IMG/VR virus record: IMGVR_UViG_2648501318_000010
Span: 1-29,133 of that record
Origin: a virus
Taxonomy: Duplodnaviria; Heunggongvirae; Uroviricota; Caudoviricetes
DNA: 29,133 bases
Direction: 5' to 3' (one strand)
The notes beneath the pieces are model-generated. The model did not search any database, was not told the origin of the DNA, and saw only the letters and a program-made list of their open reading frames with translations. Shown here in pieces: positions 1 through 12,574 of the stretch. The stretch's first letter is position 1; each line of letters opens with the position of its first letter. Position numbers and translations under genes: made by a program.

Positions 1-228
1 GATGCTTCAACTAACATGTTGGCTTGCGGGCGTTCATGCTCAGAAACAAGGTTGGGACAAGCACTTCCAGGCTAACACAGTCAGAAATCGAAACGTACTC
101 TCAACAGTTCGCTTAGGCATGGAAGTTTTGCGGCATTCTGGCTACACAATAACAAGGGAAGACTTACTCGTGGCTGCAACCCTACTAGCTCAAAATTTAT
201 TCACACATGGTTACGCTTTGGGGAAATT

Positions 229-1236
229 ATGAGGGGATCTCTCAGTGCAGAGCATTACTTCTCTTCTTCAGCTAGTGATGACGGGGATAAAACTTATGCT
301 CGTATGGGTTTCAAAGGTGAAACTCAGATTAATGACCAGTTAACCGGTTTTGGTCAGTGGGAGTACGAATTTAAAGGTAACCGTACTGAAACTGAAGGTT
401 CTGATAAAGACAAAACTCGTCTTGCGTTTGCAGGGCTTCGCTTTGGCGATTATGGTTCGCTCGACTATGGTCGCAACTACGGTGTAGCGTATGATGTTGG
501 CGCTTGGACTGACGTGCTGCCGGAGTTTGGTGGAGATACCTGGACTCAGACTGATGTATTTATGACCCAGCGTGCTACTGGCGTCGCGACCTATCGTAAC
601 AATGATTTCTTCGGCTTGGTTGATGGTCTGAACTTTGCTTTGCAGTATCAGGGTAAAAATGATAGTGCTGCAAAAGTGAACAACTGGAAAGGCCGCGACG
701 TAGTTGAATCTAATGGTGATGGCTTCGGTCTGTCAGCTACTTATGATTATGAAGGATTTGGCATTGGCGCAACTTATGCAAAATCTGACCGTACTGATGG
801 ACAGGTATCCTATGCTAATGCAAGCTCTCTGAATGCTTCTGGTAAAACAGCTGAAGTATGGGCTACTGGTCTGAAATATGACGCAAACAACATTTACCTG
901 GCTGCAACTTATTCTGAAACTCAGAATATGACAGTCTTCGGTGATGACTTTATCGCAAACAAAGCGAAAAACTTTGAAGCTGTTGCTCAATACCAGTTTG
1001 ATTTCGGCCTGCGTCCGTCCATCGCTTACCTGCACTCTCGCGGTGAAAATATTGGTGCGTTCGGTAACCAGGATCTAGTTGAATACATCGACGTAGGCGC
1101 GACTTATTACTTCAACAAAAATATGTCCGCTTTCGTTGACTACAAGATCAACCTGATTGATGAAAGTGAATTTACCAAAGCATCTGAGGTTGCAACCGAC
1201 AACATCGTTGCTGTTGGTATGACCTACCAATTCTAA
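229..1236 (+). CDS. Outer membrane porin of the OmpF/OmpC/PhoE family, 5'-truncated: no signal peptide and missing roughly the first 25-30 residues of the mature protein; likely a remnant or pseudogene
   Basis: Translation aligns along its length with classical 16-strand porins ([84 protein letters not shown]-terminal YQF). The ORF starts at the equivalent of the mature-protein HYF motif, so the signal peptide is absent; upstream DNA in all frames is unrelated to porin. Confidence 0.7.
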   Translation: MRGSLSAEHYFSSSASDDGDKTYARMGFKGETQINDQLTGFGQWEYEFKGNRTETEGSDKDKTRLAFAGLRFGDYGSLDYGRNYGVAYDVGAWTDVLPEFGGDTWTQTDVFMTQRATGVATYRNNDFFGLVDGLNFALQYQGKNDSAAKVNNWKGRDVVESNGDGFGLSATYDYEGFGIGATYAKSDRTDGQVSYANASSLNASGKTAEVWATGLKYDANNIYLAATYSETQNMTVFGDDFIANKAKNFEAVAQYQFDFGLRPSIAYLHSRGENIGAFGNQDLVEYIDVGATYYFNKNMSAFVDYKINLIDESEFTKASEVATDNIVAVGMTYQF

Positions 1237-1391
1237 TTTTGGTAGGTAAGAATATGCGGGAAGGGAGTGATGTCACTGCCCGCATATAGGTGGCACCCTC
1301 ATGCCACCTTTGAAGAGGCAATAAAATTGCCTCTTCTCAATTTAACTTCATGTTATTTATTACCCTTTTATTAATTTGAAACTCTATTGTT

Positions 1392-1418
1392 GGGGCGCTT
1401 TGTTGCGCCCATTTTTTT
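1392..1418 (+). terminator. Rho-independent terminator downstream of the porin ORF
   Basis: GC stem GGGCGC..GCGCCC with a 6-nt loop followed by a run of seven T (about 1411..1418). Confidence 0.5.
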
Positions 1419-1469
1419 ACACCAATTAGGTAAAGTTATTTTTAAGTAATCGAGCAACTTTCAGCCCTC

Positions 1470-1958
1470 TCAAAATGGAATATCGTCTTCAAAGTCCATT
1501 GGAGGTTCGTTATTGGCGTTGCTCTGAGGTTTACCGCCGCCACTGTATTGCTGGTGGTTTTGAGGTTGGTTTGATTGCCCCCAGCCATTTGAGGACTGTG
1601 AATCGTCGCGGCGAGTGCCGATCATTTGCATGGTGCCGCCCTGGCTGACGATAATTTCCGTCGTGTAACGTTCTACACCGGCGTCATCAGTCCACTTACG
1701 GGTTTTAAGTTTCCCTTCGATGTAGACCTGAGAACCTTTTCGTAAATACTCACTCGCAATTTCAGCAAGTTTTCCGAACAAAACGACTTTATGCCATTCT
1801 GTTTGCTCTTTCTGTTGGCCCGTTTGCTTATCGCGCCATGATTCATTCGTTGCGATGCTGAGTCTTCCGACTGCGCCGCCATTTGGTATATACCTGATCT
1901 CCGGGTCTTGCCCCAGGGTACCAATCAGGATGACTTTGTTTACACCGCGTTGTGCCAC
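1470..1958 (-). CDS. ssb: Single-stranded DNA-binding protein
   Basis: 162 aa; N-terminal OB-fold SSB signature ([17 protein letters not shown]), Gly/Gln-rich tail and the conserved acidic C-terminus DFEDDIPF. Confidence 0.95.
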   Translation of the reverse strand: MAQRGVNKVILIGTLGQDPEIRYIPNGGAVGRLSIATNESWRDKQTGQQKEQTEWHKVVLFGKLAEIASEYLRKGSQVYIEGKLKTRKWTDDAGVERYTTEIIVSQGGTMQMIGTRRDDSQSSNGWGQSNQPQNHQQYSGGGKPQSNANNEPPMDFEDDIPF

Positions 1959-1977
1959 TTTTCTTACCTAATAAAAT

Positions 1978-1994
1978 AAATTAATTAGAGCAAT
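1978..1994 (-). promoter_or_regulatory. P1 C1-repressor operator-like site upstream of ssb
   Basis: Minus-strand sequence ATTGCTCTAATTAATTT fits the asymmetric 17-bp C1 operator consensus (ATTGCTCTAATAAATTT); it lies about 20 nt upstream of the ssb start. Confidence 0.6.
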
Positions 1995-2127
1995 AATGTA
2001 TATCTTTGAAACGTGGCTAACAAGTGATTTGCATTATCCTGTGCCTTCTAAAGGGATCGAGTCAGTCGGTATTGGCTGTGAATGAGTGTTTGTCCTGGAG
2101 CGTAAAAAATTCGCTTATGAGGTCTTT

Positions 2128-2685
2128 ATGAAGGGAAAAACAGCCGCAGGAGGCGGTGCAATTTGCGCTATCGCGGTGATGATTACCATCGTGATGGGTA
2201 ATGGCAATGTGCGAACCAACCAGGCGGGGCTTGAGCTGATTGGTAACGCTGAAGGTTGCCGACGTGATCCATACATGTGCCCGGCGGGGGTATGGACTGA
2301 CGGGATCGGTAATACACACGGGGTAACGCCGGGTGTGCGAAAAACCGACCAGCAAATCGCCGCTGATTGGGAAAAGAATATCCTGATCGCTGAACGCTGT
2401 ATTAATCAGCACTTCCGGGGCAAAGACATGCCCGATAATGCCTTCAGTGCAATGACAAGCGCGGCATTCAATATGGGATGCAATAGCTTACGGACCTACT
2501 ACAGCAAAGCGCGAGGCATGCGAGTAGAAACGTCCATCCACAAGTGGGCGCAGAAAGGGGAATGGGTGAATATGTGTAACCATCTCCCTGATTTCGTGAA
2601 CAGTAACGGCGTGCCCCTGCGAGGTTTAAAGATTCGCCGTGAAAAAGAACGCCAGCTTTGCCTGACGGGGCTTGTCAATGAATAA
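2128..2685 (+). CDS. lyz: SAR (signal-arrest-release) endolysin, P1 Lyz-type lysozyme
   Basis: 185 aa from the ATG at 2128, which has a GAGG RBS (the ORF track begins 14 codons upstream). N-terminal Gly/Ala-rich weakly hydrophobic SAR segment (KTAAGGGAICAIAVMITIVMG) followed by a lysozyme-like domain, as I recall for P1 Lyz. Confidence 0.85.
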   Translation: MKGKTAAGGGAICAIAVMITIVMGNGNVRTNQAGLELIGNAEGCRRDPYMCPAGVWTDGIGNTHGVTPGVRKTDQQIAADWEKNILIAERCINQHFRGKDMPDNAFSAMTSAAFNMGCNSLRTYYSKARGMRVETSIHKWAQKGEWVNMCNHLPDFVNSNGVPLRGLKIRREKERQLCLTGLVNE

Positions 2686-2932
2686 ACTCCGGCAGCTCCG
2701 CCGACTTTCGACAATGAAGTTATCGCTGGCGGCGATAGTTTTTGACTCGATTTTCATGGCGGTATATGTGCTCAATGAGACGTGGCCACTGGAACCGCTA
2801 TTGTATGCCGGGCTTCGGCTGTGCCTGACATTTTTGAGCATGGCTGCGAGATTGATGCAGCAGAAAGAAACCGCTTCAGATTGTCCACGCCGCGCGGTGC
2901 GCAAATATATGGCACGAAGGCGAAGGCGATAA
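2678..2932 (+). CDS. Small membrane protein, holin-like, overlapping the lyz stop
   Basis: ATG at 2678 overlaps the lyz stop (ATGAATAA). Two hydrophobic helices and a very basic C-terminal tail (RRAVRKYMARRRRR), a holin/antiholin-like topology. No homology recognised. Confidence 0.35.
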   Translation: MNKLRQLRRLSTMKLSLAAIVFDSIFMAVYVLNETWPLEPLLYAGLRLCLTFLSMAARLMQQKETASDCPRRAVRKYMARRRRR

Positions 2933-2945
2933 TAGTTAACGAGAA

Positions 2946-2971
2946 CCCCGGCAGCTGCCGGGGTTATTTTT
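2946..2971 (+). terminator. Rho-independent terminator after the lyz unit
   Basis: Perfect 18-bp palindrome CCCCGGCAGCTGCCGGGG followed by TTATTTTT. Confidence 0.6.
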
Positions 2972-2976
2972 GGTGG

Positions 2977-5707
<2,731 letters not shown>

Positions 5708-5773
5708 TTAATTAGAATAATTCGCATCGTGTTTGAACGGAATTTAACACTAGTCACTTGTTAAGGATTACCA

Positions 5774-8700
5774 ATGAACAAGCTATCTATGGGTGTGTTT
5801 CGCTGTTCAAGTGTCAGCGAAATATTGAAATACATTAGGGTAATAACATCTCACCGAGCGCCGATTAAATACGGCGTGGAAAAGGTGGAAGGCAAAAGCT
5901 ATGACCGACTGCGCCGGGAGGCGAATCAGAAGGCGATAGATTTGCTTAATTCGCTGGTGGACGGCGCGACACTGACAGATGAACAGCGCCAGATCCTGGC
6001 CGGGTACACTGGTGAAGGCGGCATTGGCGGGTCCGTCTCCGAATATTACACACCAAAGCCTATCGCTGAAGGTGTCTGGGAGATCATGAAGCTCTACGGC
6101 GCGGACGTAGGTAACACTCTGGAACCATCGGCGGGAACCGGCGTTTTTAATGAGACAAAACCGGTTGGTACGGTGATGACCGCGACTGAGATCAGCAGTG
6201 TTTCCGGTCGTATAAACCAGTTGTTACACCCGGAAGACAGCGTACAGATTTCCCCGTTCGAACAGCTGGCTATAAACACGCCTAACGATTCATTCGACCA
6301 TGTTGTGGGTAACGTTCCGTTCGGCGGTCGTGATAACACACGCAACATCGATAAGCCTTACGCAGAAGAAACGGACATGGGGTCTTACTTCATGCTCCGC
6401 ATGCTGGACAAGATAAAACCTGGCGGATTCATGTGTGTGATTGTGCCGCCGTCCATTGTTTCAGGTTCAAACATGAAGCGGTTACGCCTGCGCTTATCCC
6501 GTAAAGCTGAATTTCTTGGCGCTCACCGCTTGCCTACCGGTACTTTTGACGCAAACGGGACCAGTACAGTCGTTGATGTGGTGCTGATGCGCAAACATCC
6601 GGCAGAGATGGCTGAGAAAATCCCCCTGGTGGATGAAAGCACTCTCGAATCGGCAAATGTGCTTTGGCCAACGTTTATTTCTGGCAAGTGGTTTGAAAAG
6701 GACGGCCGCCGGTTTGTTCATGGCACCCAGGAAAAGGGCTTCCAGGGGCGTATTGAGGTTCGTGCCGACGGTCAGATTGATAACCAGGCTCTTAAAGCGA
6801 AGCTGATTCATCGTTTCGAAAGCCGTATCGACTGGTCTTTGCTCGATATGGCTGAACCGTCACCGACCGCAGACGTTGTTGGTGAAGGGGAAATGCGCCT
6901 GATTAATGGCGTATGGCAAAAATATGCTGGTGGTCGCTGGATTGAAGCTGATGCCGGGAAGGAACTTAAGATCGATGCTGCCAGTTATGGCGCGGATAGC
7001 TGGGAGGCTCTTCAGCGTAACCTGACTACAACAGAAGGCCGTCTCGGCATGACATTTACCCAGATGGCAAATGTCCGCGATAAGTACACCACATCAATCA
7101 GCGACGATATGGTGCAGCTGGTGGACTGGATTAACAGCCAGCCTGAAAAATACCGTGAACGCTTGTATCGCGGGGCGATGATTGGCCGGATGTTAATTGA
7201 ATATCAGGACATGAAGGCCGCCGGGCATAGTGCTGAACAAATCGAACAGCAGCGCCTTTCTCTGGTATCCCGTTTGCAGGCAGAGATTGACCGTTTTGGT
7301 AACCCCGGTCGCGGTCCGATAGCGAAATTGTCGGGGAGCGGTGCGCGCGCCTGGTTTGCTTTCCGTGGTGCGATTAAGCTGGATGGCACTATTTCTGACG
7401 AGCTGACAGGAAAGCTGGTTACGCATGATTCCAGCGCCAGTTATGACTCCACCAGCTATCAGGACACCCTGCGTTATCTCTATAGCGATCTTACCCGCGA
7501 TCCAATCCAGCTCGATGATTTCCGCTTTGCGTTTACCGGCGAACTGCCAGCCAGTGATGAAGAGTTGCTTAATTTATTGGCCAGCACCCCTGGTATTGCG
7601 GTTTCACCGTATGGCGGGATTGTTCCGTTTGCCCGCGCCACCAGCGGCGACATTAACGAGATAGTGGCTCCAAAACAGGAATTCCTTGCCACACTCCCCG
7701 ACGGTCCAGTAAAGAACAACGTCCTTAATCAGCTGGCAGCGATCGAAGAGAAGCGCATCAAGACGCCAGCAGAGAATATCCGCTTTAAGCTCAATAGCCG
7801 TTGGTTCGACCGCTCCGTCATTCTGGAGTTTTTGCAGGAAAACGGCTATCCGGATCTGCGCTATGTGCAGTCAGTGCAGCTGGAAGGCGACGAAATGGTT
7901 TCTGACACCTATCACGGTGGTGATGGTCTGTTCGTCGGGCACCGATACGGTGTCGTCCAGCGCAAGGATAAAGAAACAGGCGAGATCCGCTACGAGTGGG
8001 ACCGTAAATCAGGTGAAAACGCGACCGGGTTCCCGGCACAGCTGGAAAAGTATCTCAATGGTGCGCGTATCGGTGGCAAAGATAGCGCGACGGCGAACGG
8101 CTACCGCGAGCAGATGGCACTGCTTGAGGACCAGTTCAATAAGTGGATCAAGACGCACGATCGCTACGATGAGCTGGTTGCCAAATACAACGATGTGTTC
8201 AATAGCAATATCCCGTATGAACACTCTGGCGATCCGCTTGGGTTGAAGGGATTAAGCGGTAAGCGCCAGCCATTTGATTACCAGAATAGCGAGGTGCGCC
8301 GACTGTCCGAAGATGGGCGCGGCATCCTGGGCTTCGGCACCGGGCTGGGTAAAACCACGACCGCGCTGGCGCTTGAGGCGTTCAACTATGAGAACGGTCG
8401 CTCTACCCGTACTGCGTATGTAGTGCCTAAATCAGTGCTGGAAAATTGGTATTACGAAGCAAAAGAATTCCTGAGTGAAGAGGCATTCAGTAACTACTTG
8501 TTCGTCGGTCTTGATGTGCTGATGGATGGCGATCAGATTCGCCAGGTGCCGGTGCTCAATGAGAACGGTAAACCTGTTCTTGGTACTGATGGCACTCCAG
8601 TTATGCGCGATGCTCTTAAGCTGGCAGATGAAGCCACTATCACGGCGCGGATGAACGCGATCCCGCACTCAAACTACCGTGCAGTCGTGTTTACCAAAGA

Positions 8701-11700
8701 ACAATACGCCCGCATTCCGCTACGTGATGACACCGTAGATGAGCATGCACAAGACATGCTTTATGACTTCGTTGCCGCCGGGCGCGTAGCCAGCGCAATG
8801 GATTCCGACTCCCATCGTAAAGAGGCGGCGCGTCGCCGGGTATTGTCGGAGTATTCAGATACCGGTACCGAAAAAGCAGAGAAATATCCGTACTTTGAGG
8901 ATATGGGCTTCGATAGTGTGATCGCCGACGAAGGCCACAACTACCGCAATAGCTATAAAAATGGTCGCGAAGCGTCACAACTGGCCTATCTGCCCACCAG
9001 CGCGGTGGCGCAATCGGCGCGGGATATGGCAATCAAAAACGCGTACCTGATGAAAAAGAATGGCGGGCGCGGGCCGGTTCTCCTGACTGCAACGCCAGTC
9101 GTTAACACCCCGATCGATGCATACAACATGCTTTCTCATGTTCTGCCGAAGGAATACTGGCAGAAGATGGGGATCTACGGTCCTGATGACTTCGTTAAAT
9201 TCTTCGGCAAGACCAGGCTGGAAACGGTACAGAAAATCAGCGGTGAAGTTGAAGAAAAAATGGCGCTGGTGGGCTTTGAAAACCTTGATGCGCTGCGCGG
9301 TATATTCCATCGCTGGGTAACGCTTAAAACGGCGGAAGACGTTAAGGATACCGTGGAGATCCCGGAGCTGGACGAACACCAGCAGGATGCACCACTTACT
9401 GAAGAACAACTGGCGGCGTATGAAGAATTGCGTCAGCAGGCGGAAGCGGCGGCCAAAGCCAACAATGGCGTAACGACCTCGGTCAATGAAGACGGCGTGA
9501 TTGAGCACGAGAAAGCCCGTCCGATCTTCTCAATAATCAGGGATATGGACCGCGTATGTACTGACATGGACCTGTACTATCGCCGGATCACCTATCGTTT
9601 CCTGCCGGAGTACGCCGATGCGGTGCAGCAGCTGGCGGACAGTTTGCCTAAACAAGCCACCAGCGAAGACGACGACAGTGATGATTCAATCACGCAGCAA
9701 TCGCAATACTCCCTGATAGATAAGGGCGAGTTTATTCAGTTGCAGGTTCCGGAAGCGTTCGAGCAGGAAGTGAATAAGCGCCTGGCCAGGTTTGGCATTG
9801 ACGAACAGACCGTAACTCACCCCGTTACACCCAAATACGCGAAGCTGATCGCCACGCTGAAGGAGTTTTTCCCGGAAGGTAAGCAAATCATCTTCACGGA
9901 CGAAAAAACGCAGCACCAGAAGCTCAAGCGCATTATCTGCAATGCTCTTAACCTTGAACCTTCAAAGGTGGGGATCCTGAATGCTCAGACGGTTGCCGAG
10001 GCAGGTAAAACCGGTAAGAAACTGAAAGCGGTTAAACCGCCGAAAGAGTTACCGGATGAACCAACAGATGCACAGATAGCGAAATACAACGAGCAAATGG
10101 CTCTGTATGACGCCTATATCGCGCAGCAAAATGAAATGTCGTTGGGCGGTCTGGAAAAGATTGCAGCAGACTTCCAGGAGGGCCGGACTCCGATCATCAT
10201 CTGCAACAAAAAGGCAGAGGTGGGTATCAACCTGCATCGAGGAACGACGGATATCCACCACCTGACGTTGCCGTGGACTCCAGCCAGTATCGCACAACGT
10301 AACGGTCGCGGTGCCCGAGTTGGCTCCAACCGTGCAAGCGTTCGCGTTCACTACTACTGCGGCAAGGGTTCTTTCGATGAATACCGACTGAAGACGCTGA
10401 AGCGTAAAGCAGGCTGGATATCCGATATCCTCCGTTCAGATAAGTCAGAAATGGAGAACGCCGACGCCAACGATATGATCGAAATGCAGATGTATACCGC
10501 TAAGGATGATGGCGAACGTCTGGCAATGATGCAGGTTCAAATGGATAAGGCGAAAGCCGCGCAACGCGCTCGCCAGAAAGAACAGGCTACTATCGACCTT
10601 CAGAACTACATCAAGGCGCAGCACGCAGCTGGCGAGGATGTGGAGGTACTTACCGCTGAATTAGAGCGAAGCAAAGCGGAACTTGAAAAGACCACCGCCG
10701 AGGTAGCTAAATTCAAACAGGCGGTAATGGCCAAAGCAGCTGATAACGCAGACTGGAAAGCCCGCTGGGGTAGCGTCCATCACACAGACCGTACGTTGTT
10801 AGCACAGTATCGCGCGTCGTTGAAAAGCGCCATTCAGCGCAAGGCTAATATCTCTCAGGCCATCTCCCGCTATGAGAAATTATTGAACCGTACTCAGAAG
10901 GCCGCGACGGATATCAAACGCCTGCGCCCGCTGGTGGAGGATGCAATAAATAAAGGCATTCTGGATGTTGATCCTGATCTGGTTAACCATGCGAATGAGT
11001 TCCTTGTTATCGGCGATCGCTCATGGCGTGTAGGCCAATACTACGATTGTGCCGGTGATATCGTTCGCATTAAGTCGCTGGACTTCGACAGCCAGCGCGC
11101 AGACGTGGAGATCATCTTTATCTTCAAAGGCACCAAATCGGGTAACTGGGATGTGAAGACGCTGGATAAACAGGTGGATGTAACTCCCGATGAAGATGCT
11201 GTTATGCAGAAAATCAGTGGTGGCGTCTCCATCGCCGGGATTAACGACATCATTTCCTGTGACGATTTCTACCGTTTCCAGCAGCGCGGCATGATCAAAA
11301 TCACTGACTCGTACAGCGTTCAGACTACAGAGTCAGGCTATAGCATTGATTTTGTTGGTACCTATACGGCCCCACTGAAGCATGCGGTTTACCCGGATCG
11401 CCGTGACGGCGCGCTGAAGTCGTCAATTGCAAAATGGGTGCTTGGTATGATGTCGGAAGGGAATAACCGCCAGATCCGTTCGGCAGAAACATTCCTGGTT
11501 GAATTGTTTGGCTCCAATTATGGCGATGTAATCGCGTCATACGGAGATACGCTATCCCCTGAAGCAATTCAGGAGAAAATAGCGGATGCGATCGCAAAAA
11601 TGCCGGAGAAAACAAGCCAGGGGGCTACTCGTAACGGGGATTCTGAACTTGAGGTCACCAATGCCATTTTCGGTACCCATGAGTTCCGGGCGTCAGATTA

Positions 11701-12541
11701 TGAGATCACCACAGCACAGTTTGGCACCATTGGCATTTACAGCAATAAAGCCGAGATCAAGCAGGCAATGGACGCAGCAAGCGCGCGCATCGCAGCAGAA
11801 CGGGAAGCCAATCTGAATCATGCAGTCGCCGCACTGACTCAATCGTGGGTAACAGCAATCAGGGAGGCCGCCACCACAGGGAAAATCACACCTGCAATTG
11901 CGGATGTCGTAAACGACGGCTCTAAATTTATGGATGCCTATCAAATGGATGCGGTGCAGTTGCCATCAGCCTATGGCCAACTCAGCTATCGCATGACCTA
12001 CAACCTGGTATCAATGTTTTCCGACCTTGCCATCCTTGGGCTGGTGGATCTTAACGAGGTTACGCCGGAATTGCTCAGCATGCGCAAGAATCATGTGGAG
12101 ATATTGCAGAGAATTAACACGGTTCTTGCCGGGCGCACCGATGAAGAGAAACAGGCCGACGCTGATCGGATAAACCTGGCCCTTGGCAACATCACGGAGG
12201 AAGAAATTGCCGCCAGAAACGAGAAACAAGAAGAGTTATCATCAATACAGGGTGATGCCACCAGCATAGCTCAGTCTCTTGGTCTGAATTATCGCGTATC
12301 CACCGCCGACCTGAAGATGATGTACGCACCAAAATTCGCCGCTGGCGAGGTATTTGGGCTTCAGGAAGCCTCAGGCATGAAAGGCGTTCTTTTCCGTGCG
12401 AAAGACGCAATCAAGGCGAAATTCGGCGCTCGCTGGCTGCCAGCGAAGGCGAAGAACAGCGATTTCCCGGGTAACTGGTGGATTATCGAGACAAAACACA
12501 ACGTGGCGGACGTTCTGGCCGTCATCCAACAATACGCATAA
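5774..12541 (+). CDS. darB: DarB-type virion defence-against-restriction protein: N6-adenine methyltransferase domain fused to an SF2 DExH helicase domain
   Basis: 2255 aa, matching the size I recall for P1 DarB. AdoMet motif I (LEPSAGTGVF) and motif IV (VGNVPFGG) near the N-terminus; helicase Walker A (GFGTGLGKTT), DEGH box (VIADEGHNY), motif III (LLTATPV) and motif VI (QRNGRGARVG) in the middle of the protein. Confidence 0.85.
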   Translation: MNKLSMGVFRCSSVSEILKYIRVITSHRAPIKYGVEKVEGKSYDRLRREANQKAIDLLNSLVDGATLTDEQRQILAGYTGEGGIGGSVSEYYTPKPIAEGVWEIMKLYGADVGNTLEPSAGTGVFNETKPVGTVMTATEISSVSGRINQLLHPEDSVQISPFEQLAINTPNDSFDHVVGNVPFGGRDNTRNIDKPYAEETDMGSYFMLRMLDKIKPGGFMCVIVPPSIVSGSNMKRLRLRLSRKAEFLGAHRLPTGTFDANGTSTVVDVVLMRKHPAEMAEKIPLVDESTLESANVLWPTFISGKWFEKDGRRFVHGTQEKGFQGRIEVRADGQIDNQALKAKLIHRFESRIDWSLLDMAEPSPTADVVGEGEMRLINGVWQKYAGGRWIEADAGKELKIDAASYGADSWEALQRNLTTTEGRLGMTFTQMANVRDKYTTSISDDMVQLVDWINSQPEKYRERLYRGAMIGRMLIEYQDMKAAGHSAEQIEQQRLSLVSRLQAEIDRFGNPGRGPIAKLSGSGARAWFAFRGAIKLDGTISDELTGKLVTHDSSASYDSTSYQDTLRYLYSDLTRDPIQLDDFRFAFTGELPASDEELLNLLASTPGIAVSPYGGIVPFARATSGDINEIVAPKQEFLATLPDGPVKNNVLNQLAAIEEKRIKTPAENIRFKLNSRWFDRSVILEFLQENGYPDLRYVQSVQLEGDEMVSDTYHGGDGLFVGHRYGVVQRKDKETGEIRYEWDRKSGENATGFPAQLEKYLNGARIGGKDSATANGYREQMALLEDQFNKWIKTHDRYDELVAKYNDVFNSNIPYEHSGDPLGLKGLSGKRQPFDYQNSEVRRLSEDGRGILGFGTGLGKTTTALALEAFNYENGRSTRTAYVVPKSVLENWYYEAKEFLSEEAFSNYLFVGLDVLMDGDQIRQVPVLNENGKPVLGTDGTPVMRDALKLADEATITARMNAIPHSNYRAVVFTKEQYARIPLRDDTVDEHAQDMLYDFVAAGRVASAMDSDSHRKEAARRRVLSEYSDTGTEKAEKYPYFEDMGFDSVIADEGHNYRNSYKNGREASQLAYLPTSAVAQSARDMAIKNAYLMKKNGGRGPVLLTATPVVNTPIDAYNMLSHVLPKEYWQKMGIYGPDDFVKFFGKTRLETVQKISGEVEEKMALVGFENLDALRGIFHRWVTLKTAEDVKDTVEIPELDEHQQDAPLTEEQLAAYEELRQQAEAAAKANNGVTTSVNEDGVIEHEKARPIFSIIRDMDRVCTDMDLYYRRITYRFLPEYADAVQQLADSLPKQATSEDDDSDDSITQQSQYSLIDKGEFIQLQVPEAFEQEVNKRLARFGIDEQTVTHPVTPKYAKLIATLKEFFPEGKQIIFTDEKTQHQKLKRIICNALNLEPSKVGILNAQTVAEAGKTGKKLKAVKPPKELPDEPTDAQIAKYNEQMALYDAYIAQQNEMSLGGLEKIAADFQEGRTPIIICNKKAEVGINLHRGTTDIHHLTLPWTPASIAQRNGRGARVGSNRASVRVHYYCGKGSFDEYRLKTLKRKAGWISDILRSDKSEMENADANDMIEMQMYTAKDDGERLAMMQVQMDKAKAAQRARQKEQATIDLQNYIKAQHAAGEDVEVLTAELERSKAELEKTTAEVAKFKQAVMAKAADNADWKARWGSVHHTDRTLLAQYRASLKSAIQRKANISQAISRYEKLLNRTQKAATDIKRLRPLVEDAINKGILDVDPDLVNHANEFLVIGDRSWRVGQYYDCAGDIVRIKSLDFDSQRADVEIIFIFKGTKSGNWDVKTLDKQVDVTPDEDAVMQKISGGVSIAGINDIISCDDFYRFQQRGMIKITDSYSVQTTESGYSIDFVGTYTAPLKHAVYPDRRDGALKSSIAKWVLGMMSEGNNRQIRSAETFLVELFGSNYGDVIASYGDTLSPEAIQEKIADAIAKMPEKTSQGATRNGDSELEVTNAIFGTHEFRASDYEITTAQFGTIGIYSNKAEIKQAMDAASARIAAEREANLNHAVAALTQSWVTAIREAATTGKITPAIADVVNDGSKFMDAYQMDAVQLPSAYGQLSYRMTYNLVSMFSDLAILGLVDLNEVTPELLSMRKNHVEILQRINTVLAGRTDEEKQADADRINLALGNITEEEIAARNEKQEELSSIQGDATSIAQSLGLNYRVSTADLKMMYAPKFAAGEVFGLQEASGMKGVLFRAKDAIKAKFGARWLPAKAKNSDFPGNWWIIETKHNVADVLAVIQQYA

Positions 12542-12574
12542 CAGGAGCGCCCGGTTCGCCGGGCGTCGCATAAT

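Noticed and set aside
2-232. 76-aa ORF at the left edge, upstream of the porin ORF
   Set aside because: Truncated by the window start, unrelated to porin in any frame, no recognisable homology; cannot be supported as a gene from this fragment alone.
200-250. IS element terminus at the porin truncation junction
   Set aside because: I could not recognise terminal inverted repeats of IS1, IS2 or IS5 or any transposase coding sequence in bases 1-250; the nature of the junction is unresolved.
733-1035. 100-aa minus-strand ORF inside the porin gene
   Set aside because: Antisense to conserved porin coding sequence; no support.
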